Both the position numbers and the translations under genes were made by a program. From the human T2T-CHM13v2.0 reference genome, Homo sapiens, in assembly GCF_009914755.1 (NCBI RefSeq), contig NC_060931.1: a stretch of DNA of 64,000 nucleotides; one strand, given 5' to 3'. The notes beneath the pieces are model-generated. The model had not been told where the DNA came from. It ran no database searches and saw nothing but the letters and a program-made list of their open reading frames with translations. Shown piece after piece: positions 30,425 to 47,741 of this stretch (position 1 is the first letter of the stretch; each line of letters begins with the position of its first letter).

Positions 30425-30556
30425 CTAATATTTACAAATGAAGAAATAATTAGATTGAACCTCAGGATTTGTATTTACTTATTAGTTCCACTGACATTAA
30501 GTCAAGAAAAGGAAATCTTATCATCATTATTAAATTGTCGTGGAAGTGCTAACGTA

Positions 30557-32334
<1,778 letters not shown>

Positions 32335-32537
32335 CTAATTATTAAAGAGGATATTAAATTTATTTTGCATATGATATGATAACGTACCTAGAAATTTTAA
32401 GAGAATGAGAATAACTGCAATAAATATGTGGTTAGATAAAAGAAATGCTAAAATATTTGTCCTATACACCAATTAAAAAATAACAGGAAAAAAAATCTCA
32501 TATACAGTAACAACTGCAGCTATAAAATATACTCTCC

Positions 32538-32700
32538 GGTGGGGGGACGGGGGAGGGAAAGCATTAGGAGATATACCTAATGTAAATGACAGGTTAATAG
32601 GTGCAGCACACCAACATGGCACATATATACATATGTAACAAACCTGCACATTGTGCACATGTACCCTAGAACTTAAAGTATAATAAAAAAAAGTATATAA
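32538..32700 (+). mobile_element. 5'-truncated L1PA 3' end
   Basis: GGGGGAGGGAAAGCATTAGGAGATATACCTAATGTAAATGAC...GTACCCTAGAACTTAAAGTATAATAAAA; TSD AAAATA(TA)nCTCTCC at 32524-32537 and 32701-32722. Confidence 0.93.
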
Positions 32701-32970
32701 AAAATATATATATATACTCTCCAAGAAATGATCCTAAACTGAATGTAAATAACCTATAAAAATGTATAAATCCTTTATAGGACTTACAAAAATTTTACTT
32801 AGAGGCCTTAAAGAAGACCTCAATGAAGAGAGTGACACACTCTGCATGTTCCTGATTGGGCAAGTAAAACTAAAATGTTAATCCCTCCCAAATTTAACTT
32901 TTGTTCTTAATACTAATCCCAAAGGGATTTTTTTAAAACTTAAAAGGATTTAAAAAATAACAAGAGTAAA

Positions 32971-32973
<3 letters not shown>

Positions 32974-33015
<42 letters not shown>
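32974..33015. repeat. (AC)21 microsatellite
   Basis: Seen directly. Confidence 0.97.
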
Positions 33016-33017
<2 letters not shown>

Positions 33018-35674
33018 AGATCCTTTTTTCCTATTCAGTTTCACAAGACTTAAATATTCTGGAAGCAATATATACCCATGGGTTTTTGATGTGTTGGTTT
33101 TTGATATGTATGAGGAAATAGGAAAATATATGTATATACATACATAATTAGGGGTGATTTGGAGACCTGCCTTATCAAATAGTAACATATGTTAAAAAGG
33201 TAAATGATCAAAATAGTACAGCACTACAACCAGAACAATGGAATATAATAGAAAACATGGAAAAGAATATAAATAAAAAGTCAATACATCCATATCACAA
33301 ATCAGTGGGTAAAGGGAGAACTACTGAGTATATGGTGCTAGGAATATTTCTCAACTATCTGGAAAAATCTAATTCAGATAATCACCTCGTGTCATATATC
33401 AAAATACATAACAGATGGTTTAAATGCAAACAAACAAGCCAATAGATTATTACAAAATGTAGGTAAATAATTTACCAACACTGAATTTTATGAGTCTAAA
33501 GCAATAAAAGAAAACAATAGTACAGGCTAATAGATTTGATTATGTAAAAATTCAACCTCATATATATCAAAAACCAACACAAAAAAATTAAAAGGTGAAT
33601 AACAAATTAGGAAAAAGATCTGTAACACATATGAATTAAGAAGGTTAATATACTTAATTTATAGATTTAAAAAATTAGCTCTTTAATATAATGTGAAAAG
33701 AGTAAAAAAGCAATAGGATCATGTGCACGAGGTAAAAATGCAAGTAAGATTAAATCGTTAACATGGAAAGGAAGTCTTTCCCCCACCGAAGACATGCAGG
33801 CCCTCCTGCCTCCTTCCCCAAGGGAAGTATCAGTATATTAAACACTTTCACGTATTTATGTCTCATTCCAGAAATAAAACATTTACATGTGCTTGCATAT
33901 ATTTTACTTCTTCCCCCTTTTACAAATCCAGGAGAATTCTATTCATATTATTTTATACTTTGGGTTTTTGTTTTATTGTTGTTTTATTTTTACTTAATAT
34001 AGCCTGGAAATTGTTCCAACTAATCAAGATTTTTTCTCATCCATTGTCAAGTTAATATTGTTCTCCGTTGTACAAAGATATCATAATTATTCAGAACTCT
34101 CACAAACCAATAAGAAAAAGATGAACATCCTATTAGAAAGAAAGGAAAAAGAGCACATAAACTCCTTAAAAGAAGAAATATGTATTTATGACCAGTAAAC
34201 ACACACACAGAGCATAATCTTACTATCAAATAAATAAAAAACTGTTAGATACTATTTTTCATCTATTGAACTGGAAAATATTTACAGAAATGATAATTAT
34301 TCAGCTTTGGCTAGGATGAGGAAAAACAGGTCTTCTCATTCACTCTTGGTGGGAATGCAAACAGGTAGAACCATGCTGGAGAGAATGTGGCAATCAGCAC
34401 TGGGTGTCTAAAATGGTTCCACCCTTTGACCCTCTGCAGCAATTTATCTTCAGGGAATAATCAGAATCATACAAACATTTACATATATACATTGCAGCAT
34501 TATTTTATAAAGGTGAAAAATCAGAAAAAACTGTAATGCCCAACAAGAGAATAATTAAATTATGGTATATCCAAAGGACAGATATTAGATGACAACACAA
34601 TCTTTACAGTCATGCTTTTGAAGCCTATTTAGTGACATGGGAAAGTATGAATGAAAAAGCGATAATTGAAAACAGCACAATACAAAATTATATACAAAGA
34701 ATATAGATTTAATTGGGGTGAGGGGTTAGAGAGGAGGAAAGCGGACCAAAACATAGACAGTGATTATTAGTTATTTTTCTTCTTTATATACTTTTTACGG
34801 TTTCCTAACTTACTAGAAATACACTTTTAAGTTAGGAAAAAGCGATAAACATTATAAAAGGAGATTTTTATTTATCCCTTCAAAGATAGCCAATATGCAT
34901 ACAGATACAATCTGTTCCCCAGGCACTCCTGAGTGAGTTATTATCTGTGTAGAGCACTAGAAAAACACTAATATTACTCACACATTATGGTGTCCTACTT
35001 TACAAGAGCCTACTTTGCTGTGCAAATTTATCTCAGAAGAGAAAATTGCATGTGCCCATATGTTCTGGTGCTGCAATCTCAACAATGAATTAAAGGACCA
35101 AATCTAGGTGCTTATATAACCCAGTTAAAATTGGAGTACTTGTATGAGGAGACTCAAATTATCTCTGCTACAAGGAGCTCTTATTTCTCTGCTTTGTGAG
35201 AGGCATCTGTCAAAGATAAATTCCTGTCGTTTTCAGATTCTCTTTATCCTCCCTAACAAAAAACAGTCCAGGGAAATGACAGTTGAGTTGCACAAACCCA
35301 GTGTTCAGACTTCCTGAGAAACTTGTCTTGAAATCAGAAGTCAAATTCCTGACCTACATCAACCTTAACAAACACATTCCTCTTCAATAAACAGCCACAC
35401 ACTGATTGCTGGGTACTTCAGGATAAAATAAAGACCTTAACTCTCTGTATTCTTTTCATGAGAGTACAACTAGGAGGTTTTATTTTCAACTTGGTATTTA
35501 AGAAAGGAGAAATGGAGCCTACCTGTCTTTCTAGCCTTATCTCCTACCCAGCGCCTACTCGTCCCTTAGACCACAGCCAGACTGGATGACTCGATTCCCC
35601 AAACATGCCTGGTGTGCTGTCCTCTCCATGCCTTTCACAGGCTGCTCCTCAGCCTGCAACAGCCTCATCTTTAA

Positions 35675-36073
<399 letters not shown>

Positions 36074-36854
36074 GCCTACCTTGGTCTTCTAACTGGAAGT
36101 GTCTTTCCTTCCTTGGAACTCTCCCACAACATCCTGCATCTTTCCTGAAGGTACTTTTCAGTCCCTTAAGGGTACAATGAAGGCAGCAAGAAGACACTGG
36201 ATGCTACTGGGCACACTTAGATTTGTAACTCAGGTCCCTTCCTTATTAGCTGTATCACTTTGAGGAGGCAGCTTAACCTCTGCAGCTTGGGCCTCTCATC
36301 TGTAAAGTGTACCTTCCTTCCAGAGTTTTTAAGAAGCTTAAGTAAGAAAATTCATGTGAATTCACCTTGCAATATACAGCCAACAAACGATGGTTTCCTT
36401 CCATTCCTCCATTTTAAAATTCTGCCACCTTAGTAATTTTGTGGTACTGTTATCATTCAGCCCACCCAACACACATACATGTGTGCACATGCACACATGT
36501 GACTGTCAATTTCATGTAAGCAGAGCTGTGTTTTGTTCACCTCTGCAGTCTCATAGTACTTAATGTGTAGGTACAAAGAATGCTAAAAATATTTGTTGAA
36601 AAAAGTAATTAGTATATTAAACACATCTAAAACATTTAAAACTGTAAGTGTTAGAGTCAGAAAACCAGATGGCTTTTTAAAATAAGAATTAACAACTAAA
36701 GTATCAGGTAGCATTTCCCTGAGAGTAACAATCTAATTACAAATAGATACATCAAAGTCCCAGTCCCTGGGAACAGACAGCAAATGTGTACAGGGTGAGT
36801 GTTTCAGTCAAATGGTCAGCCTGTTATTTTCCCCACACCCTCAATTCTCATTAC

Positions 36855-36924
36855 CTTCCAGCCTTTGAATCTCCTCAGCTGTCACTTCCAGTGTTTGATC
36901 AGAGAGGGAAGCAACTTGGATGAT
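36855..36924 (-). CDS. CEP41: CEP41 exon 5 (IIQVASLSDQTLEVTAEEIQRLE)
   Basis: 70 nt; G|GTAATG donor. Confidence 0.96.
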
Positions 36925-37911
36925 CTGATAGAAAAAAGAATGAAATGTGTGGATGTTTGTTTGTTTTTAAACAGACGCAATTTTGTCTTTTACAAAAGAC
37001 GAGGGAACAACAAACATCAAAGATCTGTTGTTTTAAGAAGCTGTCAGTGTCCTCAACTGAACGCTGAATCTCAGGCCTCCTTCCTTTTGTGTTGGTAATA
37101 TACTGCAGATGATCATTTCAGAAGAAAAGCACACTTAGAACACTACATAAACTTAGAATGCTAAGAGGAAAATTTAGGACAAGAAACATGAATAAGAGTT
37201 TAAAACCACATCTGTATATATCGTGGTCCAAGCACTACACATTATTTCTTGAAAATGCAATACTGACCTAGCATAACATAGAATGGTATCAGCAATTATC
37301 CACGCAATGAAGAAGTAAATGTAATAACAAATACACTGATTACAGTGTTTTATACTTCTATACAGTATTCATTTTTAAAGCACTTTTCACAACTTAGCTC
37401 ACAAGACCCAAGATTCAACTTGAGTTATGCCAGTGGAACTCTTGGAACTGGAAAGACACCTTCTCCATAATTTTCAAATAAAAGAAGAAAGTGACTTGCC
37501 CAAAATAACAAAACAGCTCTGGCAGGATGATTTGGAAAAGATCAGTCCAAGAAAAGGGGAAATCACTTGGTTTCCAGAGAAAAACGTTGAAACAATCCAG
37601 GATCCAGAATTTTAGATTCTAAATATTAAGTTAAATGTATAAGGAAAAAAACCCCTAACCACAAGTTTAATGAATTAAAAGTAGGGCAAACATTTACTTT
37701 ATAGAATTCTTATCAAAGAAGAGAGAAACATTTCTCACCATCTTCATGTGAACACACACACCACATACCAATTAATCTTCCCATAGCTGAACGACATACA
37801 AAGAATCAGAAGAAACTCCTCTGCAAACTTTCCCTAGAGTTGAATTTAGAAATACATAAAGTGGCACAAATTAGACAGACTTTACTCCAGTGGAAAAATC
37901 AAGAAACTTAC

Positions 37912-37973
37912 CAGCTGGGCAAAAGTTGTAACTTTTAGTCTCTTGAAAAGCTCATCTTTTTTGTATCTATAAT
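37912..37973 (-). CDS. CEP41: CEP41 exon 4 ([20 protein letters not shown])
   Basis: 62 nt; CTG|GTAAGT donor. Confidence 0.96.
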
Positions 37974-38698
37974 CTGAAAAATATGGTAAGACAAGTATTT
38001 ATCTATTTTGCTTTTTTAGAGCTATTCTTTCTAGTTGTCAAGTGACGTGGTCTTTCAAGTTATTTATATGCTTTTACATCTATTATCTCATTTGAGCCTC
38101 ATGATATCATCAAAATTAGGTGTGGCAGGTAGTAGTATCATCTGTTCAGTTTGTTTCCCTTTGCTTTGTCATTAGGAAGCTTAAAGTTGAATTTATAAGC
38201 TACCTTTGGTCTAGTGACTACCCCTTGCCTTTATTTTATTAGTCTACCATTTTCCTTTAACTAAGCTGTCTCTACTTCGACCACATTGTACTCCATGCAT
38301 TTTTGTAAGCCGCCTCAAATCCTTTTCAGAGTAAAGCAGGGAAGAAATGTCCGTGTTTTACAAATGAGGACAGAGACTCAGAGAGGCTGAGCTGCCCCAG
38401 CTCAAACAGCTGGTGAGACGTTCATGCCCCACTATTCTGACTCCAGCTTAAAAAGAAAGCAATATTATTCCTGCCATTACACACTATGCTGAAGCCACAG
38501 GACAACATTTCTAAGTGTATGCTGGGCACACAGCTGTGATTGGTTCTGATCATCTCTCAGCTTCTCTCCAACTTCACTCCAATAAAAATTAACCTACTTA
38601 GTTTCGCAAGATGAAAAAGTTCTGCAGTTCTGTTGTACAACAGTATGAAAATACTTAATGCCACTGACCTGTACACTTAAAAACCATTACGATGGTAG

Positions 38699-39023
<325 letters not shown>

Positions 39024-39057
39024 CCACCATTTAAAAAAATAAAATAAAACCAACTTA

Positions 39058-39354
<297 letters not shown>

Positions 39355-42300
39355 TCAGTGCTGTCTTGACAATTCTGAGCTATAACTCACATATAGGTAC
39401 TTCTGCACTTGTGTTCATAATTCTTCCCATCACATTAAACAGTTATTAAAAACTAAGCCAGTTGCACTTTATCTATTATCTGTTCCATAGATACGTGTTA
39501 AAGGTTAGCTTCCTTAAACTGTTTTGAAGATGACAGTCAAATTCTGAATGGTTTTCAGTGTTGAACTCTGCCCGCCCTCATGCTTTCCTCCTCACCTAGG
39601 TTTTTATATTGGTACCCATGACTCTTTAACTGCTGCCTCATTATTTCAGAATTATTAAAGGTTAGCTGGTTAATTGCTATGGCCTTCACAGCATAAATGT
39701 CTCATAAACCAAGACTCCTAGCAACAAAGGAAAGGATTAAAAGTATTTAAGATTATTTACCTGGTGTAACTAATCACTTTCATGAATTTTCCAAAAACCA
39801 GCACAGACCTTAAGACTCAGAGTCGGGAAATGATACTACTTTAAAAACTAGCCTTCTGTAAATATATCAAGGCTTTTTAAAAATAGGGAATTAAACTTCT
39901 CTGTTCTAAAATGTCTTAAAGAGAGCAATTTGGCTAATAACAGACCATTACTTCTAGGAAATGCTTAGAGATGCTGCTTCTGGATACAACAAGGTAACAA
40001 ACCTATATGCAGTGGAACTTCTAAAACCTGCCGGGATGCAGACCCAAATAGGCCGAGCTGAGGCTTTACAAAGTACAACCAAATAACTACAGTGTTCCTT
40101 TTGATTGCCACCAACTTGCCCACCAAAAGTCGTTTATGCAAATCAAAACAACAATAAATCAGCAAATGGAAACAGCCAACAGCTTTCAAGTAGTTTGCAC
40201 TGTGACATTTATCCACTGATATTCTTTTGGTATGGTTACAAGGTTTAAAATGCTTCTAAGCATAAAATGTATACTTTAAAATCTCCTTTAACTAAACAAA
40301 GATTAATTTAAACAAACAAAAAAAAGACTGCTTTATTCTAAAGATTGGGATTTCTACTGTCTTCTGCACAAGCACTAGCAGCCCCCTACATATTTGAACC
40401 TGAACTCCACGTACCTGGTTCTGGTTTAGAAGGACAGCCGTCAGTAGGACTTTTTGACATGATTACTCAGAGATAAAAGATCAAACTAGATGTTCTACAG
40501 TAAGTTTAAATTTTTATAAAAAGGATGACTTGGAAGGCTCTGTCAGTCTGTCCTCGCAAGAGCGAACAGAGCTTTAAGAATGGAGCTTCTGCTATGTGTC
40601 TTCTCCCAAACTCTGTGTTGAAGACAATCCTAGTTTCAGATATGTTATCAAGGTGTGCTTCTCCAGTAAGTCTAGGTTCTAAGTCTGTCTCTCTCGAGTT
40701 ACTGGAAGGACAGAGACCTGACTATCTAGGATGTTTCACACTGGGTCCAACTAGTGTCATCTAACCACCAGAAACCAAGAATGGGCTTTGTAAATTGTCA
40801 ATAGACATAGAGTGTCTATTTTCCCCAGGTAGAGTTGAAAGAATATTCAGATTACAAAGGATTTCTGCATTTTCAGGGTTCTGTTGAAATGCATTATTAG
40901 CAAAGGGAAGTTGGGTTCACAGTGGAAGACAAATCAAAGGAAGTAACAGAACAAGGTTTGTGGTTTCACAGAAAGAAATGGCATCTAAGGTAATCTGAGT
41001 AAAGTGATGGGTCTAGGGTATCAAGAAACAAGGGAATATTCTCCTCCCTTTCAACCCCAAATAATACTTACAACAGAAAATGGGGAAAGAGAAGGAAATA
41101 TCTTCTAAAATGTAGATGCCAAACCAGAATCTAAAGCAATTCTGTCAGGGAATCAGCACAAAGTGTGTGAAATGGGGTAACAGGAATCTCCTGCTCTACT
41201 AAAAGGAAGCCCTCCACTCCTACAGAGGGAAAGTGAAGCAAGCATTTTTCAAGGTTCTGTTCCAAGGGTATTGTTCTGGGAGATCACCTCCACGTAAGGT
41301 TTAGATATTAAAGAAACCACATCGTACTTTGAAGAAATGTTTTAAGTGAGGTTATGGCAACCTGGGCAGAGTGGGACATTTTTATGGGACAAATTTCTAG
41401 TGAGGACATGTGAACTCACACTCAGCTGCAAATGGATGAGAGGTGACAGAGACGACAAACCCAAAAAGAAGCAGGCCAGCTGGATTCTGCCTGTCTTGGA
41501 TGAGTCAAGGATGGCAACAATGAAGTGTAGGTGAGTAAATGCGATCTTTCTCCAGAGTTTAAAAGTATATATTTTATATAGATATTTAAAATACATATAC
41601 TTATGTAATATAAAATGTTCAGGAAGAAAAGAGAAGGATACTGTGGCATTACATATTTTTAAGAAGTTTGTAGCATTAGCCCTTATAGCTGAACATGGCA
41701 AATGAAAACACAGCATAAAGCAGCTCCTGAGTCCACATCTATTGGTTGGGGTTTCCCAATATTGCAGCAATTCAAATGGAACTTTGATTTCAAATAAAAG
41801 GTCTGCTGTGTAAAAGAAGAAAATGTTCTGATGTATTCTGGATGTGCAATTTTATCTTCCAAGAAGATGTACATTACCAGAGCCAAGTCCTGAACTATGA
41901 TTAATCAGAGTACCTCTTTACCACCATTAACTAAATATCCCCTAGCACTGGGTTCTCTTATTCAAGATATGAGCAAATCCATCTTAGAAAATAGATGTTT
42001 CTACTTCTTCCTTAATTCTGGCCTTGAAGTATACACTTTACATCAGTTTTGGATGCAGACTGAAAAATTATGATTTTGTGCAAGGGCAATGCACTCAATG
42101 ACTGGTAACATATCTTTGCAGATAAGTTTTTTAAAAGGATGTAGATGAAATATGATTTTTAATTAAAAGAAAACAGACTGCAATGAATTGATAATGCATA
42201 ACACTAAGTTCTCACGTCCCTGTCTTCCATGAATACTCTCATTTATACACACAAGAATGTTCTGAAGGAAGATATTATTACCCCCTATCTCAAATAGAGA

Positions 42301-42652
42301 CAAAATAAGACAGAAAAGATGAAATATCTTGAAGAAGGGCATGAAGACTGCAGTACAATGACACTAGAAGCTTAAGCAGAGCTCATTCCACCAGATCTGA
42401 CTCTGCAGGCCAACACTAATGTCTCCTATGGGATGGAAATAGGGCAGAATTTAGGCCTACAGGCCACAATCTGAGAAGCAGCCCAGTACAGCACCCAGGA
42501 TCTCCCACAGCCCTTGAGGCACCTGCTAGGCTTATCGGACCATCCATAGCTCTCTGTGCCTGTCACCTGTGGAACACAATTGTTAGTTAAGAACCAATTT
42601 ATAGAACAACTATAGACTTCCACTCTCCCAAACCATCAAGAGTGTTACTTAC

Positions 42653-42700
42653 TTTTCTTAATCTCTTCGAGCTTCTCAGTATATTTAGTCATACTGTTAC
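42653..42700 (-). CDS. CEP41: CEP41 exon 3 (NSMTKYTEKLEEIKK)
   Basis: 48 nt, phase 1-1; A|GTAAGT donor. Confidence 0.96.
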
Positions 42701-44576
42701 CTAAAAAGAAAATAAGGGGTTTTAGATATACTTTAAATGGAAGCAAATGAGTAACACTGTGGAAACAGAATGGAGGAAAAGTATCCCCTAAGCTTTCCTA
42801 TCCTGTTCTTAGGGGATTCTGGACAGCAGCAAACAGGCCACACACAGTAAAATCTTTTGGATAATACAGCGTTATTAAAAGTTGCAGAGCCGAGGGAAAT
42901 GTTTTGGTAGAATGTGTTTAAGCTGGGATGCATACCCCCAAAACATTGACAAGTTCCAGGAGATACAGATGATCATTTTCTATCAGTTTGTTTTTCAAGT
43001 CTAGGCTTTCCTCCTCCTTTTATCTCCCCTGCCCCCGCTGACGATCTTTTTGTGGGGAAGATACACAGAAGAGGAGCAAAAAGGAGGCAGTGTTCTTTGA
43101 GTGTCTAAAATGTGCCTTTGTGGTTACCCAAGCAACTCTCTCCTCTCGGCTTTGTCTTCACAGTTTCCTTCTCTTTCCTGAACTTACTCTTCTACCGTTC
43201 ATGCTCACGTTGCAGTCTGAACTAGACTACACAGTCTACACACTAGTATTCACCATAGATTTGATGTGCTGAGAAATAACAGCAGATTCTTGAAACTGCA
43301 GAGAGGCCCCAGCCCTCATGTTTTATAGTATGTTTCTATAATACTAGTACTGGCCAAGGTGGTTTGGAGGTTTTCAGACTTAAAAAACTCAGCCAGGAAC
43401 CTTCTGGTTTCCAACTCAATTCTAGCTGTCAAGCCAGGGGCTATTATATTTTACTGGGTATGCTTCGATTTGATTCAATTCAACGCAGGAAGCTCTTTCT
43501 GTCACCTAAAAGGTATGGCAAAAGGAAAACATTCAAAATAATTTCTCATTTCTAAAACTGTGCTCCTAACTTTTTAAGCCTGGAGAGGATCTAGTCAGAT
43601 GCAGCCCCAACATCAGATAAAAGAAATGCTTTCAATTAATAGTAGCATGAACTGACATTTTCAAGGACTATTCTGAACTTTTCTTCATGTTTGGGTCAGA
43701 AGCAGAAAAAGAAAATCCTTGCTCTGAAACCCAAAATACATTTTCAAAAAAACAACTTATTTCATTGGCTATTATTAAATCTTTACCATGAATTCATCAT
43801 GGAATAAAAATCCACCATTGTTTTCTTTTCTTTTCTTTTCTTTTTTTTGGTGTTAAGACATACACTCTCTGTATCCAGGACCAGAAAGGAGGATTCAGAG
43901 CAGGCCTGGACCTGGAAGTTCCAAGAGAAATGAAGGCAGTCAGGGCTGCCAGGAAGGCCTAAGCCTTCTCAAGAGAGACACTGAATACCTCTCAGAAGAG
44001 GCCCAAATATCACCAAGATTAGAACCAAATACAGTCTTTCCTAGGTTCTTCAAACTGCAATTGACCCGAGATGTGACCAGATCTTCAGAGCAGAAGCCAC
44101 AATTTCTTCCTGGACACACATCTCTCCTGCCCACTGCAACTCTGAACTCAGGCGTGGACTTGCCTGGTCAATACAATGGCGGAAGAAGACGGCAAATCAG
44201 TATGCTGTTCAGCTTCCCAAGTCTCATTCTTAAAATATTTTACCCAGTAGCTTTAGGTTATATGTCCCTGAGTCACCCACAGTTGCATGTTATTGACGTG
44301 GCAGGTAGTTTCTTTCGGCTAGGGAAGCTTTAGGCAATCTAGTCAGAAAATGAGGGACAAAAAGGAACACCTGATTTGTCTGGTGGCATGGCAAGTTAGT
44401 AACTAAGCCAGGATTCGCATTTCCAACCTCCTGAAAAACACATCTTTTTTTGTTGTGTTGTTGTAAAAAAACACAATTAATCATGAGGTAAATTTGTAGG
44501 AAATGCTACTTCCTTAATAGTGAGAGGTGGGGATCATCTTGTGTTGTAAATTCCCTGAAGAATGGAAAACACTAGC

Positions 44577-44728
44577 CAACCTTATTTATCCAGTCTTTAT
44601 TATTGAAACACTGCATTTCCAAACCACAACCTTATTTATCCAGTCTTTATTATTGAAACACTGCATTTCCAAACCACAACCTTATTTATCCAGTCTTTAT
44701 TATTGAAACACTGCATTTCCAAACCACA
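44577..44728. repeat. Perfect tandem repeat, 3 x 50 bp
   Basis: Unit CAACCTTATTTATCCAGTCTTTATTATTGAAACACTGCATTTCCAAACCA. Confidence 0.97.
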
Positions 44729-45773
44729 GTGGTTTCTACTAACAAAGTGTCTACACTTCATTTCTCCATTAATTACAAACATTTCAGGGTAATTACACTT
44801 AACACTTTATTTTGTATCAGCTGACCCTCACCACAATGCAGGGAGGTAGGCCATCATGCCCTCTATTTGTTTTCCCCCTAAAGGAGAAGGCTGAGAAACA
44901 AGTTTTTTGCAATTATACAAATATTTGGTGAAATTCAGACCAAATCTGAGAGGACTACTGATGAGTTCTTTTCACTATAGACATTCATTCTATCCAAGAA
45001 TGGGGAAAAAAGGAGAATGGAGGATTTCTTCCTTGCTTTAATTGGACAAATGAGATAGCAGGATGGCTGACACAAAAATACCCCTAAAAATGGTTTGAGA
45101 AAGTATGAAAAGTAGCATTTTTATCCCACTGTGTAAACTGCTTACATCTTAACTATGCAGCCTATCTTACTGTATCTAATTGCATCTGAAGATAGTTTCT
45201 GACTACCTTTTAAAAAGATTGGAAATGAATCCATTTCATAATTCACTTATTTATAAACATGGCTTTGTTTCATACAAAAGAAGCCTAAAAGACTATCCAA
45301 GAACCAATTTTTTTTAAAAAAAATTGAAATTACACATTACTGCCAGATACATTTTCCCAGATAAGACTTTTTGATCAAAAAGAAAAAAAAAAGTCAGTGG
45401 CTCCCCATTGCTTCCTAACTAAAGCTGAAACTCCTTGCTCTAGCACTGGACACCAACTCACTACCTCTTAATGTTGCCTTAATTACTTAACTTGACAAAC
45501 TCTTAGTCTTGCATTCTCTAACGTATCACCTTGCCACATACTCGTAAGAGCTCACTCAGCAGGAAGTGACCTTTCCCTCCTCTGAGCCTCTATAGCACTC
45601 GGCTTACAACTCACAAGGCATTTATCACTGTATTGTCTTACCTACCTTACTAGACAGAAAGCCAAGGACTATTTATGGGCACGTACACACACACACACAC
45701 ACACACGTATGAATAATCTTTATCCCTTCCATTGTCTAGCATAGGAGACACTCAAAAATACTTGCTGAATGAT

Positions 45774-46598
<825 letters not shown>

Positions 46599-47673
46599 TT
46601 ATTTTATAATGCAAATACTTCCCAATTTGGTCTGAGTTTCTGCACACCTGATTTTCTTTAAACTATGTACAACTTGACTTATATACAGTATATGTTATGT
46701 GCTACATATATGACTCATATTGCTTCACGACTTAAGCAACCTATAAATGTATAAGGTAGCATTTAGCTTCTACTTTGTTTACTTACAACTAAAGTTGTGA
46801 TAAAAGATATATAACAAAACTTTACAATTAGAATCAAGAGGAAGAAACAACCCGACTATAGCAACAGTGCTGTGCAAACACAGAGTGCAACTGATTCAGT
46901 GAATGAGTCATTCATTAGATTTTTTCCATTGTTTTCCTATAATTTAATAACATTATTTATACTGAGCCAATAAGAAAAGCAAGTGATTTTGTGCAGCAGT
47001 AATCTAAAGTAGATGAGATTTATAAGGCACGAACTCAGTTGCTAAGAGACAACTCCATGGCTTTATTTTTCTTCAATATTTCCCTCCTCTATGGAGAAGT
47101 TCTCTTGGCTTGGAAGAGCAGAAAGCATGAAAAGAGGCACAGTGGTCCTTTGTTAACCTCAATAAGTGATATGTGTGTATAGTGCTTTCTGGTTTATAAA
47201 AGCCTTTCACATATATTTCTTCCTTTGACGGAAGAAACAGAATTAAACAACAAATAAAAATGAAGAGTACCTAGTCTATAATGAGTTTGATGCTTACAGT
47301 CAAGGCTATTAGCAAATATTCAGGAAAAGTAAAGCCTAAAGAAGAAAAGAGGGAATGAATAGTTTGTCTAGAGATAATAAAAGGAAGGTGAATTTTTAAA
47401 AAGACAAAAATAAGGCTAGAAAAGACTGAGTGGAGAAAGCCTACAGAATTTCAGAAAGCTAAAGAAATTGGAAATTAGATTGAATATAGATAGAAATGGG
47501 AGGACAATGCAGCCAATGAAAGACTGTGGGGACTAATAAAGGGAGAGCCCTGTGGTTTGGAAAGTGTCCCTTAATCAGCCTGCAGTGCTGCAAAACAGAA
47601 ACCCAGAGAGGGTGCTTGAGAATATACAAGAACCCTGCGGTGGTGACTGAACAAAACGCAGCCAGGGATTTCA

Positions 47674-47741
47674 TCAGAAGCATAATCCATTCATGGCACA
47701 GTCTGGCAGTGCTGGGGAGCTGGTAAGATACACACAGGCAC
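47674..47741 (-). CDS. CEP41: Alternative CEP41 terminal exon in intron 2 (GACVYLTSSPALPDCAMNGLCF*), giving a ~54-aa isoform
   Basis: Strong acceptor TATTTCTTTTGTTCCATAG|G in phase with exon 2; TGA at 47676-47674. I recall a short CEP41 isoform of this kind but could not verify it. Confidence 0.7.
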
